From Lysobacteraceae bacterium (GTDB taxonomy: Bacteria; Pseudomonadota; Gammaproteobacteria; Xanthomonadales; Rhodanobacteraceae): a stretch of DNA of 64,000 bases. The notes beneath the pieces were generated by a model. That model saw only the letters and a list, made by a program, of their open reading frames with translations. It had not been told where the DNA came from and did no database searches. The DNA lies in NCBI GenBank assembly GCA_004143945.1, contig SEHB01000011.1, positions 20,070-84,069 of the forward strand, written 5' to 3'. Shown piece by piece: positions 8,427 to 17,587 of this stretch (within the stretch, counting starts at the first letter, position 1; every line of letters begins with the position of its first letter). Position numbers and translations under genes: made by a program.

Positions 8427-8619
8427 GGCGTTCTCCGATCCGGGCGTGGTCGCCGATCGGGTCAGGCTAGGCTTGCGGCATCAACTGCACGTGAACGGCC
8501 AGGCACACTCTCGATGCCGTTCAGCGGATGCGAAACAGTTCACCCCGGGTACACCGCACTCGGCCCAGCGTCCACGCACGACCCGTCAAGTCGGGTCGAA
8601 CCCCAAAACGGAGCCCATC

Positions 8620-9111
8620 ATGTCTCGCATTGCATGGATTGTCGCAGCCACGCTGCTCGGAGCATCGATCGCGCACGGCGCATCCGACGACCAGTCGTTC
8701 GTCACCAAGGCCAGCCAGGGTGGCGTCGCCGAAGTCGAGCTCGGCCAACTCGCGTTGTCACGCGGTAATTCGCAGGAAGTGAAGGCGTTCGCACAGAAGA
8801 TGGTGGACGACCACTCGAAGGCGAACGCGGAACTGGCCGCTGTCGCGACCGCGGCCGGGGCTTCGGTCGCCGCCGCCCCCTCGGCGGAACAGAAGGCGGT
8901 GGCGGCGAAGCTCGAAGCCCTCTCTGGCGCCGCGTTCGACCGCGCCTATGCGAGCCAGATGGTCGCGGACCACGAAAAGACCGTCGCGCTGTTCGAGCAG
9001 GAAGCCGAAAGTGGCGGCAACGCGGGCATCAAGGCATTCGCGGCGAAGACCCTTCCGACGCTGCGCACGCACCTCGAACACGCACGACAGCTCGCGATTG
9101 AAGGCACATGA
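8620..9111 (+). CDS. DUF4142-domain exported protein (ferritin-like fold)
   Basis: Signal peptide; AEVELGQLA, MVDDH, FDRAY..QMV.DH, LPTL..HLEHA motifs; GGAG RBS. Confidence 0.9.
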   Translation: MSRIAWIVAATLLGASIAHGASDDQSFVTKASQGGVAEVELGQLALSRGNSQEVKAFAQKMVDDHSKANAELAAVATAAGASVAAAPSAEQKAVAAKLEALSGAAFDRAYASQMVADHEKTVALFEQEAESGGNAGIKAFAAKTLPTLRTHLEHARQLAIEGT

Positions 9112-9146
9112 CGGGCAGAACGGATGCGCCTGCGGGCGACATCGCG

Positions 9147-9176
9147 CGCGTCGGGCTGGACCGCGTCGGGCTGGAC
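9147..9176. repeat. Perfect 15 bp tandem duplication just 3' of tRNA-Cys
   Basis: cgcgtcgggctggac at 9147-9161 and 9162-9176. Confidence 0.85.
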
Positions 9177-9177
9177 T

Positions 9178-9251
9178 TGGAGGCCTGGGTCGGAATCGAA
9201 CCGGCGTACGCGGATTTGCAGTCCGCTGCATGACCACTCTGCCACCAGGCC
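9178..9251 (-). tRNA. tRNA-Cys(GCA)
   Basis: 74 nt GGCCTGG...CTGCAAA anticodon loop...TTCGATT...CCAGGCCTCCA. Confidence 0.98.
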
Positions 9252-9315
9252 GGTGACGACTTGCATCGCGCGCCTCGCGGCGGGCGCTGTACCTGCATCT
9301 TCCGACGTCGGCCGG

Positions 9316-9348
9316 AAAAACGAAACCCCGGCATGCCGGGGTTTCGTC
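9316..9348 (-). terminator. Rho-independent terminator between tRNA-Gly and tRNA-Cys
   Basis: GACGAAACCCCGGC-AT-GCCGGGGTTTCG followed by TTTTT on the minus strand. Confidence 0.85.
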
Positions 9349-9356
9349 GCAGATCC

Positions 9357-9432
<76 letters not shown>

Positions 9433-9443
9433 GTGGGACGCGC

Positions 9444-9471
9444 ATATTACGTGTTGGCGCGCGGGTGTCAA
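9444..9471 (-). promoter_or_regulatory. Sigma70 promoter of tRNA-Gly
   Basis: TTGACA-16bp-TAATAT followed by GC-rich discriminator. Confidence 0.8.
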
Positions 9472-9503
9472 CCCTCCCGCGCATGCCCGCGCGCGCGCCG
9501 GCC

Positions 9504-10064
9504 TCAGCGCTGCTGCCGCAGGATCGGCCACGCGGCCCTGACGTAGAGCAGGCCCGACCAGATCGTGAGCCCGGCCGCGACCACGAGCAGGGCTTCGCCG
9601 ACGCGGTACAACCGCAGTTCCTCGAGGTCGTGCTGGTGCAGCAGCACGACGATCGCGAAGATCTGCATCGCGGTCTTGACCTTGCCGATCATCGCGACGC
9701 GCACGGTCGCACGCTGTCCGATCTCGGCCATCCATTCGCGCAGCGCGGAGATGCTGATCTCGCGTCCGACGATCACCGCGCTGGTGACCGCGAGCAGCGG
9801 CGTCGGGTTGCTCTGGACGAGCAGGAACAGCGTCACCGCGACCATCAGCTTGTCGGCGACCGGGTCGAGGAACGCGCCGAACGCCGAGCTCATGTTCCAG
9901 CGCCGCGCGACCCAGCCGTCGAGCCAGTCGGTCACGGCCGCGGCGATGAAGATGCCGGCGGCCGCGATGTTGGCGCCGCGGAACGGCGCATAGAACACGA
10001 CCACCATCACCGGCAGCAGCGCGATGCGGAACAGGGTCAATGCGGTCGGTATCGTGATGGTCAT
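9504..10064 (-). CDS. pgsA: CDP-diacylglycerol--glycerol-3-phosphate 3-phosphatidyltransferase
   Basis: TDWLDGWVARR...GAFLDPVADK motif; position between uvrC and tRNA-Gly. Confidence 0.96.
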   Translation of the reverse strand: MTITIPTALTLFRIALLPVMVVVFYAPFRGANIAAAGIFIAAAVTDWLDGWVARRWNMSSAFGAFLDPVADKLMVAVTLFLLVQSNPTPLLAVTSAVIVGREISISALREWMAEIGQRATVRVAMIGKVKTAMQIFAIVVLLHQHDLEELRLYRVGEALLVVAAGLTIWSGLLYVRAAWPILRQQR

Positions 10065-10080
10065 CGAGGCAGTCGTCGCT

Positions 10081-12003
10081 TCATCCGTGGAAGGTCGCGT
10101 AGATCCGTTCGGCCAGTTCCCTGCTGATCCCTTTCACCTGCATGAGTTCCTCGATGCCGGCCTTGGACAGGCCGCCGAGGCCGCCGAAGTGCCTGAGCAG
10201 CGCCGATCGCCGGCGCGCACCGACGCCCGCGATGTCCTCGAGCGTACTCGCCTCGCGTGCCTTTTCGCGACGACCGCGATGGCCGGTGATCGCGAACCGG
10301 TGCGCCTCGTCGCGCACCGCCTGCACCAGGTGCGAGGCCGGCGAGGCCGGACCCGGGAACAGGGTGCGGCCGCTGCCGGCCACGATCAAGGTCTCGTCGC
10401 CGGCGCGCCGCGCCTCGCCCTTGGCGACGCCGACGATCGGCACGCCCTCGATGCCGAGCTCGTTGAGCACGTCCACCGCCTGTTGCAGCTGCGCCTTGCC
10501 GCCATCGATGAGCAGCAGGTCGGGCAGGTGTCCCCACTTCATCCCTGCCGCGGCGTCTTCGCCCTGCACGGCCGGAAGCGCCGCGATCTCCGCCTGCGCA
10601 CGCTTGAACCGGCGCTCGAGTGCCTGGCGCATCGCCGCGTAGTCGTCGCCGGGCGTGATGCCGGTGATGTTGAAGCGGCGATACTGCGACTTTTCCGGCC
10701 CTTCCGGCCCGAATACGACGCAGGACGCGACCGTCGCCTCGCCCATCGTGTGGCTGATGTCGAAGCACTCGATTCGCTGCGGGGTCTCGTCGAGGCCGAG
10801 CAGGTCGCGCAGCGCCTCGAACCGCAGCAACAGGTTCTGGCGGCTCGCGAGGCGCGCGGCCAGCGCGGCCTCCGCATTGCGCCGCGCGAGATCGAGGAAG
10901 CGCGCGCGCTCCGCGCGCACGCGCGTCTTGATCGCGACCTCGCGTCCGGCGCGCATCGACAGCGCTTCGGCGAGGGCCGCGCCATCCTCCGGCGCCGGGC
11001 TCGCCACCAGTTCCGACGGCACCGGGCGCTCGAGATAGTACTGCGCGATGAACGAGTCGAGCACCGCGGGCTCGTCGACGACGCCCGCGAGGCGCGGGAA
11101 GAAGTCGCGCGAACCGAGACTGACCCCGTTGCGGAAGAACAGCACGCTGACGCATGCGACGCCGCCGCTGATCGTGCACGCGATCACGTCCATGTCGGCG
11201 CTCGCGCCCTGCACGTAGTGATGCGCCTGCACGCGCTTGACCGCGCCGATCTGGTCGCGGATCCGCGCCGCCTGCTCGAACGCGAGCCGCGCGCTCGCGT
11301 CTTCCATCGCGGCGACGAGTTCGTCCATCACGAGCCCGCCGCGGCCGTCGAGGAACATTTCCGCGTGGCGCACGTTCTCGGCATAGTCGCCGACGCGGAC
11401 GAGGCCGACGCAGGGCGCGGTGCAGCGCCGGATCTGGTATTGCAGGCACGGGCGAGACCGGTTGCGGAAGTAGCCATCCTCGCAGTTGCGGATCAGGAAC
11501 AGCTTCTGGATCAGGTCGAGGCTTTCGCGCACCGCGCCGGCACTCGGGAACGGGCCGAAATAGCGCCCGCTGCCGCTGCGCGCGCCGCGGTGGAACGCGA
11601 GCCTCGGGTAGGCTTCGGGGCGCGGCGGATCCGCGTCGATGTCCGCCTCGGCGGTGCCGCGCGGCGCACCGGTCAGGTGGATGTAGGGGTAGCTCTTGTC
11701 GTCGCGCAGCACGATGTTGTAGCGCGGCTTGAGCGTCTTGATCAGCTGCGCCTCGAGCAGCAGCGCCTCGGCCTCGGTGCGCGTGACCGTGGTCTCCATG
11801 CGCGCGATCTGGCCGACCATCGCGGCGATGCGCGGATCCATCTTCGGCTTCAGGAAATAGCTGCCGACGCGCTTCCTGAGGTTGCGCGCCTTGCCGACGT
11901 AGAGCAGCTCGTCGCGCGCGCCGAACATGCGGTACACGCCGGGCGCGCCGGTCAGGGTCTGGACGAACAGCTTGCCGTCGAACGGCAGCGGGGTTTCTTG
12001 CAT
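10081..12003 (-). CDS. uvrC: Excinuclease ABC subunit C
   Basis: GIY-YIG-like PGVY..LYVGKA, IECFDISH, IDGGKAQ, RDEAHRFA and C-terminal HhH. Confidence 0.98.
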   Translation of the reverse strand: MQETPLPFDGKLFVQTLTGAPGVYRMFGARDELLYVGKARNLRKRVGSYFLKPKMDPRIAAMVGQIARMETTVTRTEAEALLLEAQLIKTLKPRYNIVLRDDKSYPYIHLTGAPRGTAEADIDADPPRPEAYPRLAFHRGARSGSGRYFGPFPSAGAVRESLDLIQKLFLIRNCEDGYFRNRSRPCLQYQIRRCTAPCVGLVRVGDYAENVRHAEMFLDGRGGLVMDELVAAMEDASARLAFEQAARIRDQIGAVKRVQAHHYVQGASADMDVIACTISGGVACVSVLFFRNGVSLGSRDFFPRLAGVVDEPAVLDSFIAQYYLERPVPSELVASPAPEDGAALAEALSMRAGREVAIKTRVRAERARFLDLARRNAEAALAARLASRQNLLLRFEALRDLLGLDETPQRIECFDISHTMGEATVASCVVFGPEGPEKSQYRRFNITGITPGDDYAAMRQALERRFKRAQAEIAALPAVQGEDAAAGMKWGHLPDLLLIDGGKAQLQQAVDVLNELGIEGVPIVGVAKGEARRAGDETLIVAGSGRTLFPGPASPASHLVQAVRDEAHRFAITGHRGRREKAREASTLEDIAGVGARRRSALLRHFGGLGGLSKAGIEELMQVKGISRELAERIYATFHG

Positions 12004-12046
12004 GCGCGCATGGTACGGGACTGGCGACCCTTGCGCGCCTTCGCGC

Positions 12047-13480
12047 TCAGGTATCGCCGATCGCGACGCGCCGCAGGTGACCGGCCGCGAGCTCGATGCA
12101 CGCGATCTCGTGCAGGTTCGTGTTGGCGATCCACAGCTGCCCGTCGCAGAGACCGAGTCCGTGCGGCTCCTCGAGCCGGTACGGCATGCGCAGCGGACGC
12201 GTCTCGCCGGTGCGCCGGTTCATCATCTTGATCGTGCCGTTGTAGCTGTCGGCGACGTGGATCACGCCGCGCGGATCGACCGCGACCGCGAGCGGATGCT
12301 GGAAGCGCACGTCGCCGCGCTGCCCGCAGGCATCACCGTATTCATACGGTCCCGCACCGGCGAGCGTCTCCACGCGACCGTCGTCGATCGAGACCGCGCG
12401 CAGCGCATTGGCCTGTGCATCGGCAACGACCAGCTGGCGACCCGCGAGCGCGAGGCCCGCAGGCGCCCCGAACGCGGCGGCGGTCCCGATCCCGTCGACG
12501 AGGCCCTGCTCGCCGCTGCCCGCAAGCGTCCACACCCTGCCCGTCGGCAGGTCGAGCCGCCACACCTGCTGCTGGCCGGCGACCGAGACGAACAGGTCGT
12601 CGCCCACCGCGAGGATGTCGACCGGCGTGTTCAGGGCAGTCGCGCGCGCGTCCGCGCCGTCGGGACGCGCGCGCCCCGCGCGGCCGGTGCCGAGCACGGT
12701 TTCGACGCTGCCGTCGGCGAGGTCGATGCGACGCACGCTGTGGTTCCCGCGGTCGGCGACATAGAGCGAGCCGTTGTGGCGCGCGAGCCCGCGCGGATCG
12801 TCGAAGCAGGCCTGCGACGACACGCCGTCGACGTGGCCCGGGTCGCCGCTGCCGAACTGGCGCAGCACGCGCCCGTCGTGCTGGCATTCGAGCACGCGAT
12901 GATGGCCGCTGTCGGCGATGTACAGCAGTTCGCGCTCTGGCAACACCTTGCCCGGGAACAGCAGCGTGCCGCGCGGCTCGCGGCGCTGGGCCGGCGGCGT
13001 CGGCTCGAACACGCGCAGGTCCTTCATCGCCGCTTCGTCGAGCAGCTCGGCGATGCGCGCATCCACCTGCGCCCTCGCGCCCTCGCCGGTGTAGGCGGCC
13101 GCGAGGCGACCTTCGACATCGATCAGCACGAGCGTCGGCCACGCCTCGACCGCGTAGTCCTGCCAGACGCGGAAATCGTCGTCGCTCGCGACCGCATGGC
13201 GCACGCCGAGCCGGTTCACCGCGCGCAGCACCGCGCTCGCGTTGCGATGGTGCGGATATTTCGGGCAATGGATGCCGATCACCGCGAGGCCGTCGTGGTA
13301 GCGATCTTCGAGCTGGCGCAACGCGGGCACGAGGTTCCAGCAGTGGATCGAGTCGCCGCTCCAGAACCAGAGCAGCACGACGCGTCCGCGCAGCGCCGCG
13401 ATACGCGGCGGCGCATCGGTATTGACCCAGGCGAGGTCGATCGGAAGTTCGGGAGCGGGCTTGCGCGGCGTCTGCATCAT
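12047..13480 (-). CDS. Thioredoxin-like plus NHL-repeat beta-propeller protein (NHLRC2-like)
   Basis: WFWSGDSIHC, VIGIHCPKY, WPTLVLID, then repeated LYIADSGHHRV / P.GLA / YVAD.GNH. Confidence 0.85.
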   Translation of the reverse strand: MMQTPRKPAPELPIDLAWVNTDAPPRIAALRGRVVLLWFWSGDSIHCWNLVPALRQLEDRYHDGLAVIGIHCPKYPHHRNASAVLRAVNRLGVRHAVASDDDFRVWQDYAVEAWPTLVLIDVEGRLAAAYTGEGARAQVDARIAELLDEAAMKDLRVFEPTPPAQRREPRGTLLFPGKVLPERELLYIADSGHHRVLECQHDGRVLRQFGSGDPGHVDGVSSQACFDDPRGLARHNGSLYVADRGNHSVRRIDLADGSVETVLGTGRAGRARPDGADARATALNTPVDILAVGDDLFVSVAGQQQVWRLDLPTGRVWTLAGSGEQGLVDGIGTAAAFGAPAGLALAGRQLVVADAQANALRAVSIDDGRVETLAGAGPYEYGDACGQRGDVRFQHPLAVAVDPRGVIHVADSYNGTIKMMNRRTGETRPLRMPYRLEEPHGLGLCDGQLWIANTNLHEIACIELAAGHLRRVAIGDT

Positions 13481-13950
13481 CGTTCCTCCGGGCGCCGCGC
13501 GCGCAGCCGCGCCGCGAGCGCGGCGACGCCCGTGCGCGCAAGCTCGATCACGCGCAGGAAATCCGCGTCGCCGCCATAGTAGGGATCGGGCACTTCATCG
13601 TCGCCGAGGAACAGCAGCGGCTCGCGCGACGCGCGCGCGGGCACGAAGCGCGCGAGGTCCTCGAGGTTGCGCCGATCCATCGCGAGCACGAGGTCGTAGG
13701 TCTCGAAGTCCGCGCGCTGCACCTGTCGCGCTCGATGCGCGGAGAGTTCGTAACCATGCGCCTTCGCGAACGCGATCGCGCGCCGGTCGGCGCCCTGCCC
13801 GACGTGGTAGTCCTCGGTACCCGCGGACGCGACGACGGCATCGAGTCCCGCCCGCGCGAATTCCGCGCGTGCAACCGCCTCCACCGTCGGAGAGCGGCAG
13901 ATGTTGCCCATGCAGATGAACAGGATCGCCGGTGTGCGTTGGCCTTCCAA
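13477..13950 (-). CDS. Low molecular weight protein-tyrosine phosphatase
   Basis: FICMGNICRS P-loop and VPDPYYG; TTG start uncertain. Confidence 0.93.
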   Translation of the reverse strand: MEGQRTPAILFICMGNICRSPTVEAVARAEFARAGLDAVVASAGTEDYHVGQGADRRAIAFAKAHGYELSAHRARQVQRADFETYDLVLAMDRRNLEDLARFVPARASREPLLFLGDDEVPDPYYGGDADFLRVIELARTGVAALAARLRARRPEER

Positions 13951-14027
13951 GCCCTGGACTCCCCATCCGAAGGCGCGGTGCTGCGCGGAGGGAGCCTAGC
14001 AGAACCCGGGGCGTCGCCCGAAGGCGC

Positions 14028-14681
14028 CTACTGCGTATGGTTGTGCTGCACCGTGGTCTGGCACGCGCCCGCGTTGCAGAAGTAGTCTTCCACCTCGGGA
14101 TCGCTGAGCCGGATGTTGACGTAGTACGTCTGCCCGGGCTGCAGCTTGCACGCGACGCCAGGGAACCCGGGCATGCCCCATACACCCATGCGCTGGCCAA
14201 CGCCGGTCGAGCGCATCTGGCAGAACTGGCCGGATGGATTGAAGTCCCCGCACCGCGGGCTGATCGCCATGTCGGTGGCCGGACCCGGCAGCGTCTCGCC
14301 GTGGGTGAACATGCCCCAGGCCCATGCGGGCATGTCCATCGGCACCTCGAATCGCGCCGCGACGTAACCGTGGCGCGGAAAACTCCAGAACACCGCGAAG
14401 ACATTCATCCACGGAAACGGGACGGTCGCGCCGCCGGCGTGGGCGCGTCCCCAGATGTTCTCGGCCTGCGTGACGTCGACGATGCGACGTCCGATGCCGT
14501 CGTAGCGCCACGACATCATCGTCGACTCGATGCGACCTCGCGGGCAGTCGCCCTGCATGTCGTATCCGTCGAAGTAGATGCCGTTGGCGAGTGGCTGCGT
14601 CTGCGCCTGTGCCGCGCTCGCGAAGGCCACGCCGAGCGAGCCCGTGAACAGGGCGGCTGCGATGCCGAATGTGTTCTTCAC
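14028..14681 (-). CDS. Secreted Cys-containing hypothetical protein with N-terminal NGIYFDGYD tag variant
   Basis: GTG start (alternative 14684) after GGAG; signal peptide ending AQA; 6 Cys in mature domain. Confidence 0.75.
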   Translation of the reverse strand: MKNTFGIAAALFTGSLGVAFASAAQAQTQPLANGIYFDGYDMQGDCPRGRIESTMMSWRYDGIGRRIVDVTQAENIWGRAHAGGATVPFPWMNVFAVFWSFPRHGYVAARFEVPMDMPAWAWGMFTHGETLPGPATDMAISPRCGDFNPSGQFCQMRSTGVGQRMGVWGMPGFPGVACKLQPGQTYYVNIRLSDPEVEDYFCNAGACQTTVQHNHTQ

Positions 14682-14923
14682 CACACGATCTCCCGCGCCG
14701 CGCGAACGGCGTCGTGGTTCCGGCGCCGCAGGGCGCGCAGGGTGGACAGGGGCAACTGGCGACGGGACGCGCTCTGGGGCGCCTTGCCCGGCAACAGAAG
14801 GTTCGACGCATGCATCCGGGCGATCGAAACGTATCGACGGGTCCTTCACGCCGATCGGCCGGCGTCGGATCCTTGCTCGCGGCGGCCGCTGCATTCTAGG
14901 CAGCCGCGACGCGTCCCGTGTTA

Positions 14924-15724
14924 TCAAAACGTTGGTCGACCGCCACGAATCGTGTCGTGCGCGAGCAGGCGCTCGACGCGCTCGAGGTCGTCGCGCGTGT
15001 CCACGCCAGCCGGGAATGGCTCGGGCGCGAGGCGCACCGCGATCGCATGCCCGTGCTCGAGTGCACGCAACTGCTCGAGCGCCTCGATGCGCTCGAGCGG
15101 CGTCGGCGACAGCGCCGCGAAGCGACGCAGGAATCCCGCGCGGTACGCGTAGATCCCGATATGCCGGAGGAACGGAACGCCCGCGGGCAGCGTCGCGCGG
15201 TCCCGCGCGAACGCGTCGCGCGGCCACGGCAGCGGCGCGCGGCTGAAGTAGAGCGCGCGGCCGCGCGCGTCGCGCACGAGCTTGACGCAGTTCGGGTCGA
15301 ACAGTTCACGGGCATCGAGCAGTGGCGTCGCGAGCGTCGCCATCGGTGCGTCGTCGTCGGCGAGCGCACGCGCGACTTCGCGGATGCCGCTGGCCGGCGC
15401 GAGGGGTTCGTCGCCCTGGAGGTTCACGACGATCGCGTCGTCGGGCCATTCGAGCAGGGTTGCCGCTTCGGCAAGCCGGTCGCTGCCCGAGGCATGCTCG
15501 GCGCGCGAACGCAGCACGCGCACGCCGCTGCCCGCGAGCGCCGCCTCGATGCGCGCGTCATCGGTCGCGACCACCACGTCCACCGCACCGGCCGCGCGCG
15601 CGCGGCGCGCGACATGCAGGATCATCGGCTCGCCTGCGAGCGGCAGCAACGGCTTGCCCGGCAGCCGGGTGGAGCCGTGGCGCGCGGGGATCGCGACGAT
15701 GAAATCGGGCTGGTCTCGGGGCAT
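14924..15724 (-). CDS. kdsB: 3-deoxy-manno-octulosonate cytidylyltransferase
   Basis: [50 protein letters not shown]. Confidence 0.96.
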   Translation of the reverse strand: MPRDQPDFIVAIPARHGSTRLPGKPLLPLAGEPMILHVARRARAAGAVDVVVATDDARIEAALAGSGVRVLRSRAEHASGSDRLAEAATLLEWPDDAIVVNLQGDEPLAPASGIREVARALADDDAPMATLATPLLDARELFDPNCVKLVRDARGRALYFSRAPLPWPRDAFARDRATLPAGVPFLRHIGIYAYRAGFLRRFAALSPTPLERIEALEQLRALEHGHAIAVRLAPEPFPAGVDTRDDLERVERLLAHDTIRGGRPTF

Positions 15725-15851
15725 GGCACTCGCTTCGCGCGAAAACCGCGGCAGCGTACCGGACGGCGCGACCGCGCGACAGGCCGACGCGCGCCCGCTG
15801 AACGCCGCGCGACTGCACGCGCGCGGGAGGTCCGGGACGCTGCATGCGCAA

Positions 15852-15860
15852 TGCTAGAAT
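15852..15860 (+). promoter_or_regulatory. Extended -10 element upstream of DMT transporter
   Basis: TGCTAGAAT, 33 bp before GTG 15893. Confidence 0.5.
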
Positions 15861-15892
15861 GCGGCGCCCCGCGTCCCCTGCCTCGAGCGTCC

Positions 15893-16825
15893 GTGAGTCC
15901 ACCCGCCCCTGCCGCGACCGCTGCGGCCGCGCTGCCCCTGCGCGCGGCCCTGATGATGGTCGCGAGCGCATGCCTGTTCGGGTTCATGGCGATCCTGATC
16001 CGCCATGTATCGGCCTCGCTGCACCCGTTCGAGATCGCGTTCTTCCGCAGCTTCTTCGGCGCGCTCGCGGCCCTGCCGCTGCTGCTGCCGACCGGCCTTC
16101 ATGCCTTGCACACCGACCGGCTCGGCTTCTACGTCGTGCGCTGCGCGATCGGGGCGGTGTCGATGCTCGCGGGCTTCTGGGCGATCGCGCACCTGCCGCT
16201 CGCGCAGGCGATCTCGCTGTCGTATTCGTCCCCCCTGTTCGTGACGATCGGCGCGGTGCTGTTCCTCGGCGAGGTCGTGCGCCTGCGTCGCTGGAGCGCC
16301 GTGATCGCGGGCTTCATCGGCGTGCTCGTGATCGTGCGGCCCGGCACCGATGCATTCACGGCCGCGAGCCTGATCGCGGTATTCGCGGCCGCGCTGAGCG
16401 GCGCGGTGACGATCAGCATCAAGTTCCTGTCGCGTTCGGATCCGGCCAATACGATCGTGCTGCTGACGACGCTGCTGTGGGTGCCGCTGTCGCTGCCGGC
16501 CGCGCTCGCGGTCTGGCAGTGGCCGGCTGCGACGACCTGGCCGTGGCTCGTGCTGATCGGCATGCTGGGCACGGGCGGCCAGTATTTCTGGACGAACGCA
16601 CTGCGACTCGCCGACGCGTCGGTGATCGCGCCGTTCAGTTACCTGCAGCTCGTGATCGTCGCGGTGCTTGCATGGATCGTGTTCGGCGAGCAGCCCGACG
16701 CCTGGACCGCGGCCGGTGCCGCGATCGTGATCGGCGCGAGCCTCTACATCGCGCGACGCGAGGCCGTGCTCGCGCGCCAGCGGCGCGCGGAGGCGATCGC
16801 CGCCAAGGGCGAGCCGCAGATCTGA
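15893..16825 (+). CDS. EamA/DMT family transporter
   Basis: About 10 TM helices, two EamA repeats, FLGEVV..RRW motif. Confidence 0.88.
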   Translation: MSPPAPAATAAAALPLRAALMMVASACLFGFMAILIRHVSASLHPFEIAFFRSFFGALAALPLLLPTGLHALHTDRLGFYVVRCAIGAVSMLAGFWAIAHLPLAQAISLSYSSPLFVTIGAVLFLGEVVRLRRWSAVIAGFIGVLVIVRPGTDAFTAASLIAVFAAALSGAVTISIKFLSRSDPANTIVLLTTLLWVPLSLPAALAVWQWPAATTWPWLVLIGMLGTGGQYFWTNALRLADASVIAPFSYLQLVIVAVLAWIVFGEQPDAWTAAGAAIVIGASLYIARREAVLARQRRAEAIAAKGEPQI

Positions 16826-16867
16826 CGCGGATGCGCGCGGTCGACGCGCGCGCGAGGTTCGCCCGTA

Positions 16868-17587
16868 TCAGGTCCGATCGGCCGCAGCCGACGTCCCTCG
16901 TGCCGGACCACGATGGAACACGATCAACCACATCGCGACCGTCCACGCGACCGCGGCGGTCCATCCGGCGAGGATGTCGGACGGATAGTGCACGCCGAGG
17001 TAGACGCGCGACATCCCGACCAGGACGACGAACACGATGCCGGCTGCGAGCGCGGGCCAGCGCAGCCGCGTGCGCCACGCGAGCAGCACGAGCACGCACG
17101 CCAGCGTCATCGAGCCCATCGCGTGGCCGCTCGGGAAGCTGTAATTGTCCTCGGGCGCGATCGATTCCCACAGCGACGGCCGCTCGCGCCCGAACATCGG
17201 CTTCGCCGCGAGGTTCAGCAGCGCCGAACCGACGATCGCGAGTCCGGCGAACAGGCCCTCGCGCAGGCGCCGCGCGAACCCGAGGCCAAGCACGAGCGCG
17301 ATGTCGACCGGCACCACGCCGAACTGGTAGCCGGCCATCGCGACCGCGACGAAGAACGCATCCAGGCGCGGGCCGTGCACGGCCTGCGCGGCATGCAGCA
17401 GCGGGATGTCGAACGCGAATCCCTCGTCCTCGCGCACTTCGTCGACCAGCATGCCGAAGCCCGCGAGCGGCAGCAGCACGCCGAAGAACACCAGCGCGAC
17501 CGCGATCCAGTGCCGGCGCAGGAACCCGAGGCCGTAGCGCGCTTCCTCGAGCGCGACGCGCGCGAGGCGCGCGAGCTCAATCCGCAT
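16868..17587 (-). CDS. PAP2-family phosphatase (possible lipid or undecaprenyl-phosphate phosphatase)
   Basis: K...R.RP, SFPSGH and [12 protein letters not shown] motifs. Confidence 0.92.
   Translation of the reverse strand: MRIELARLARVALEEARYGLGFLRRHWIAVALVFFGVLLPLAGFGMLVDEVREDEGFAFDIPLLHAAQAVHGPRLDAFFVAVAMAGYQFGVVPVDIALVLGLGFARRLREGLFAGLAIVGSALLNLAAKPMFGRERPSLWESIAPEDNYSFPSGHAMGSMTLACVLVLLAWRTRLRWPALAAGIVFVVLVGMSRVYLGVHYPSDILAGWTAAVAWTVAMWLIVFHRGPARGTSAAADRT

Noticed and set aside
1563-9177. Active integrative element or prophage between the tRNAs
   Set aside because: No integrase, no att-type duplication of a tRNA 3' end, no phage genes and no obvious GC shift.
13951-14027. Possible small RNA between the PTP gene and the secreted-protein gene
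   Set aside because: Only short GC hairpins are present, with no recognisable Rfam-type core or terminator.
13996-14811. Alternative minus-strand ORF overlapping the 14028-14681 gene
   Set aside because: Arg-rich low-complexity translation with no signal peptide or RBS; the other frame gives a coherent secreted protein.
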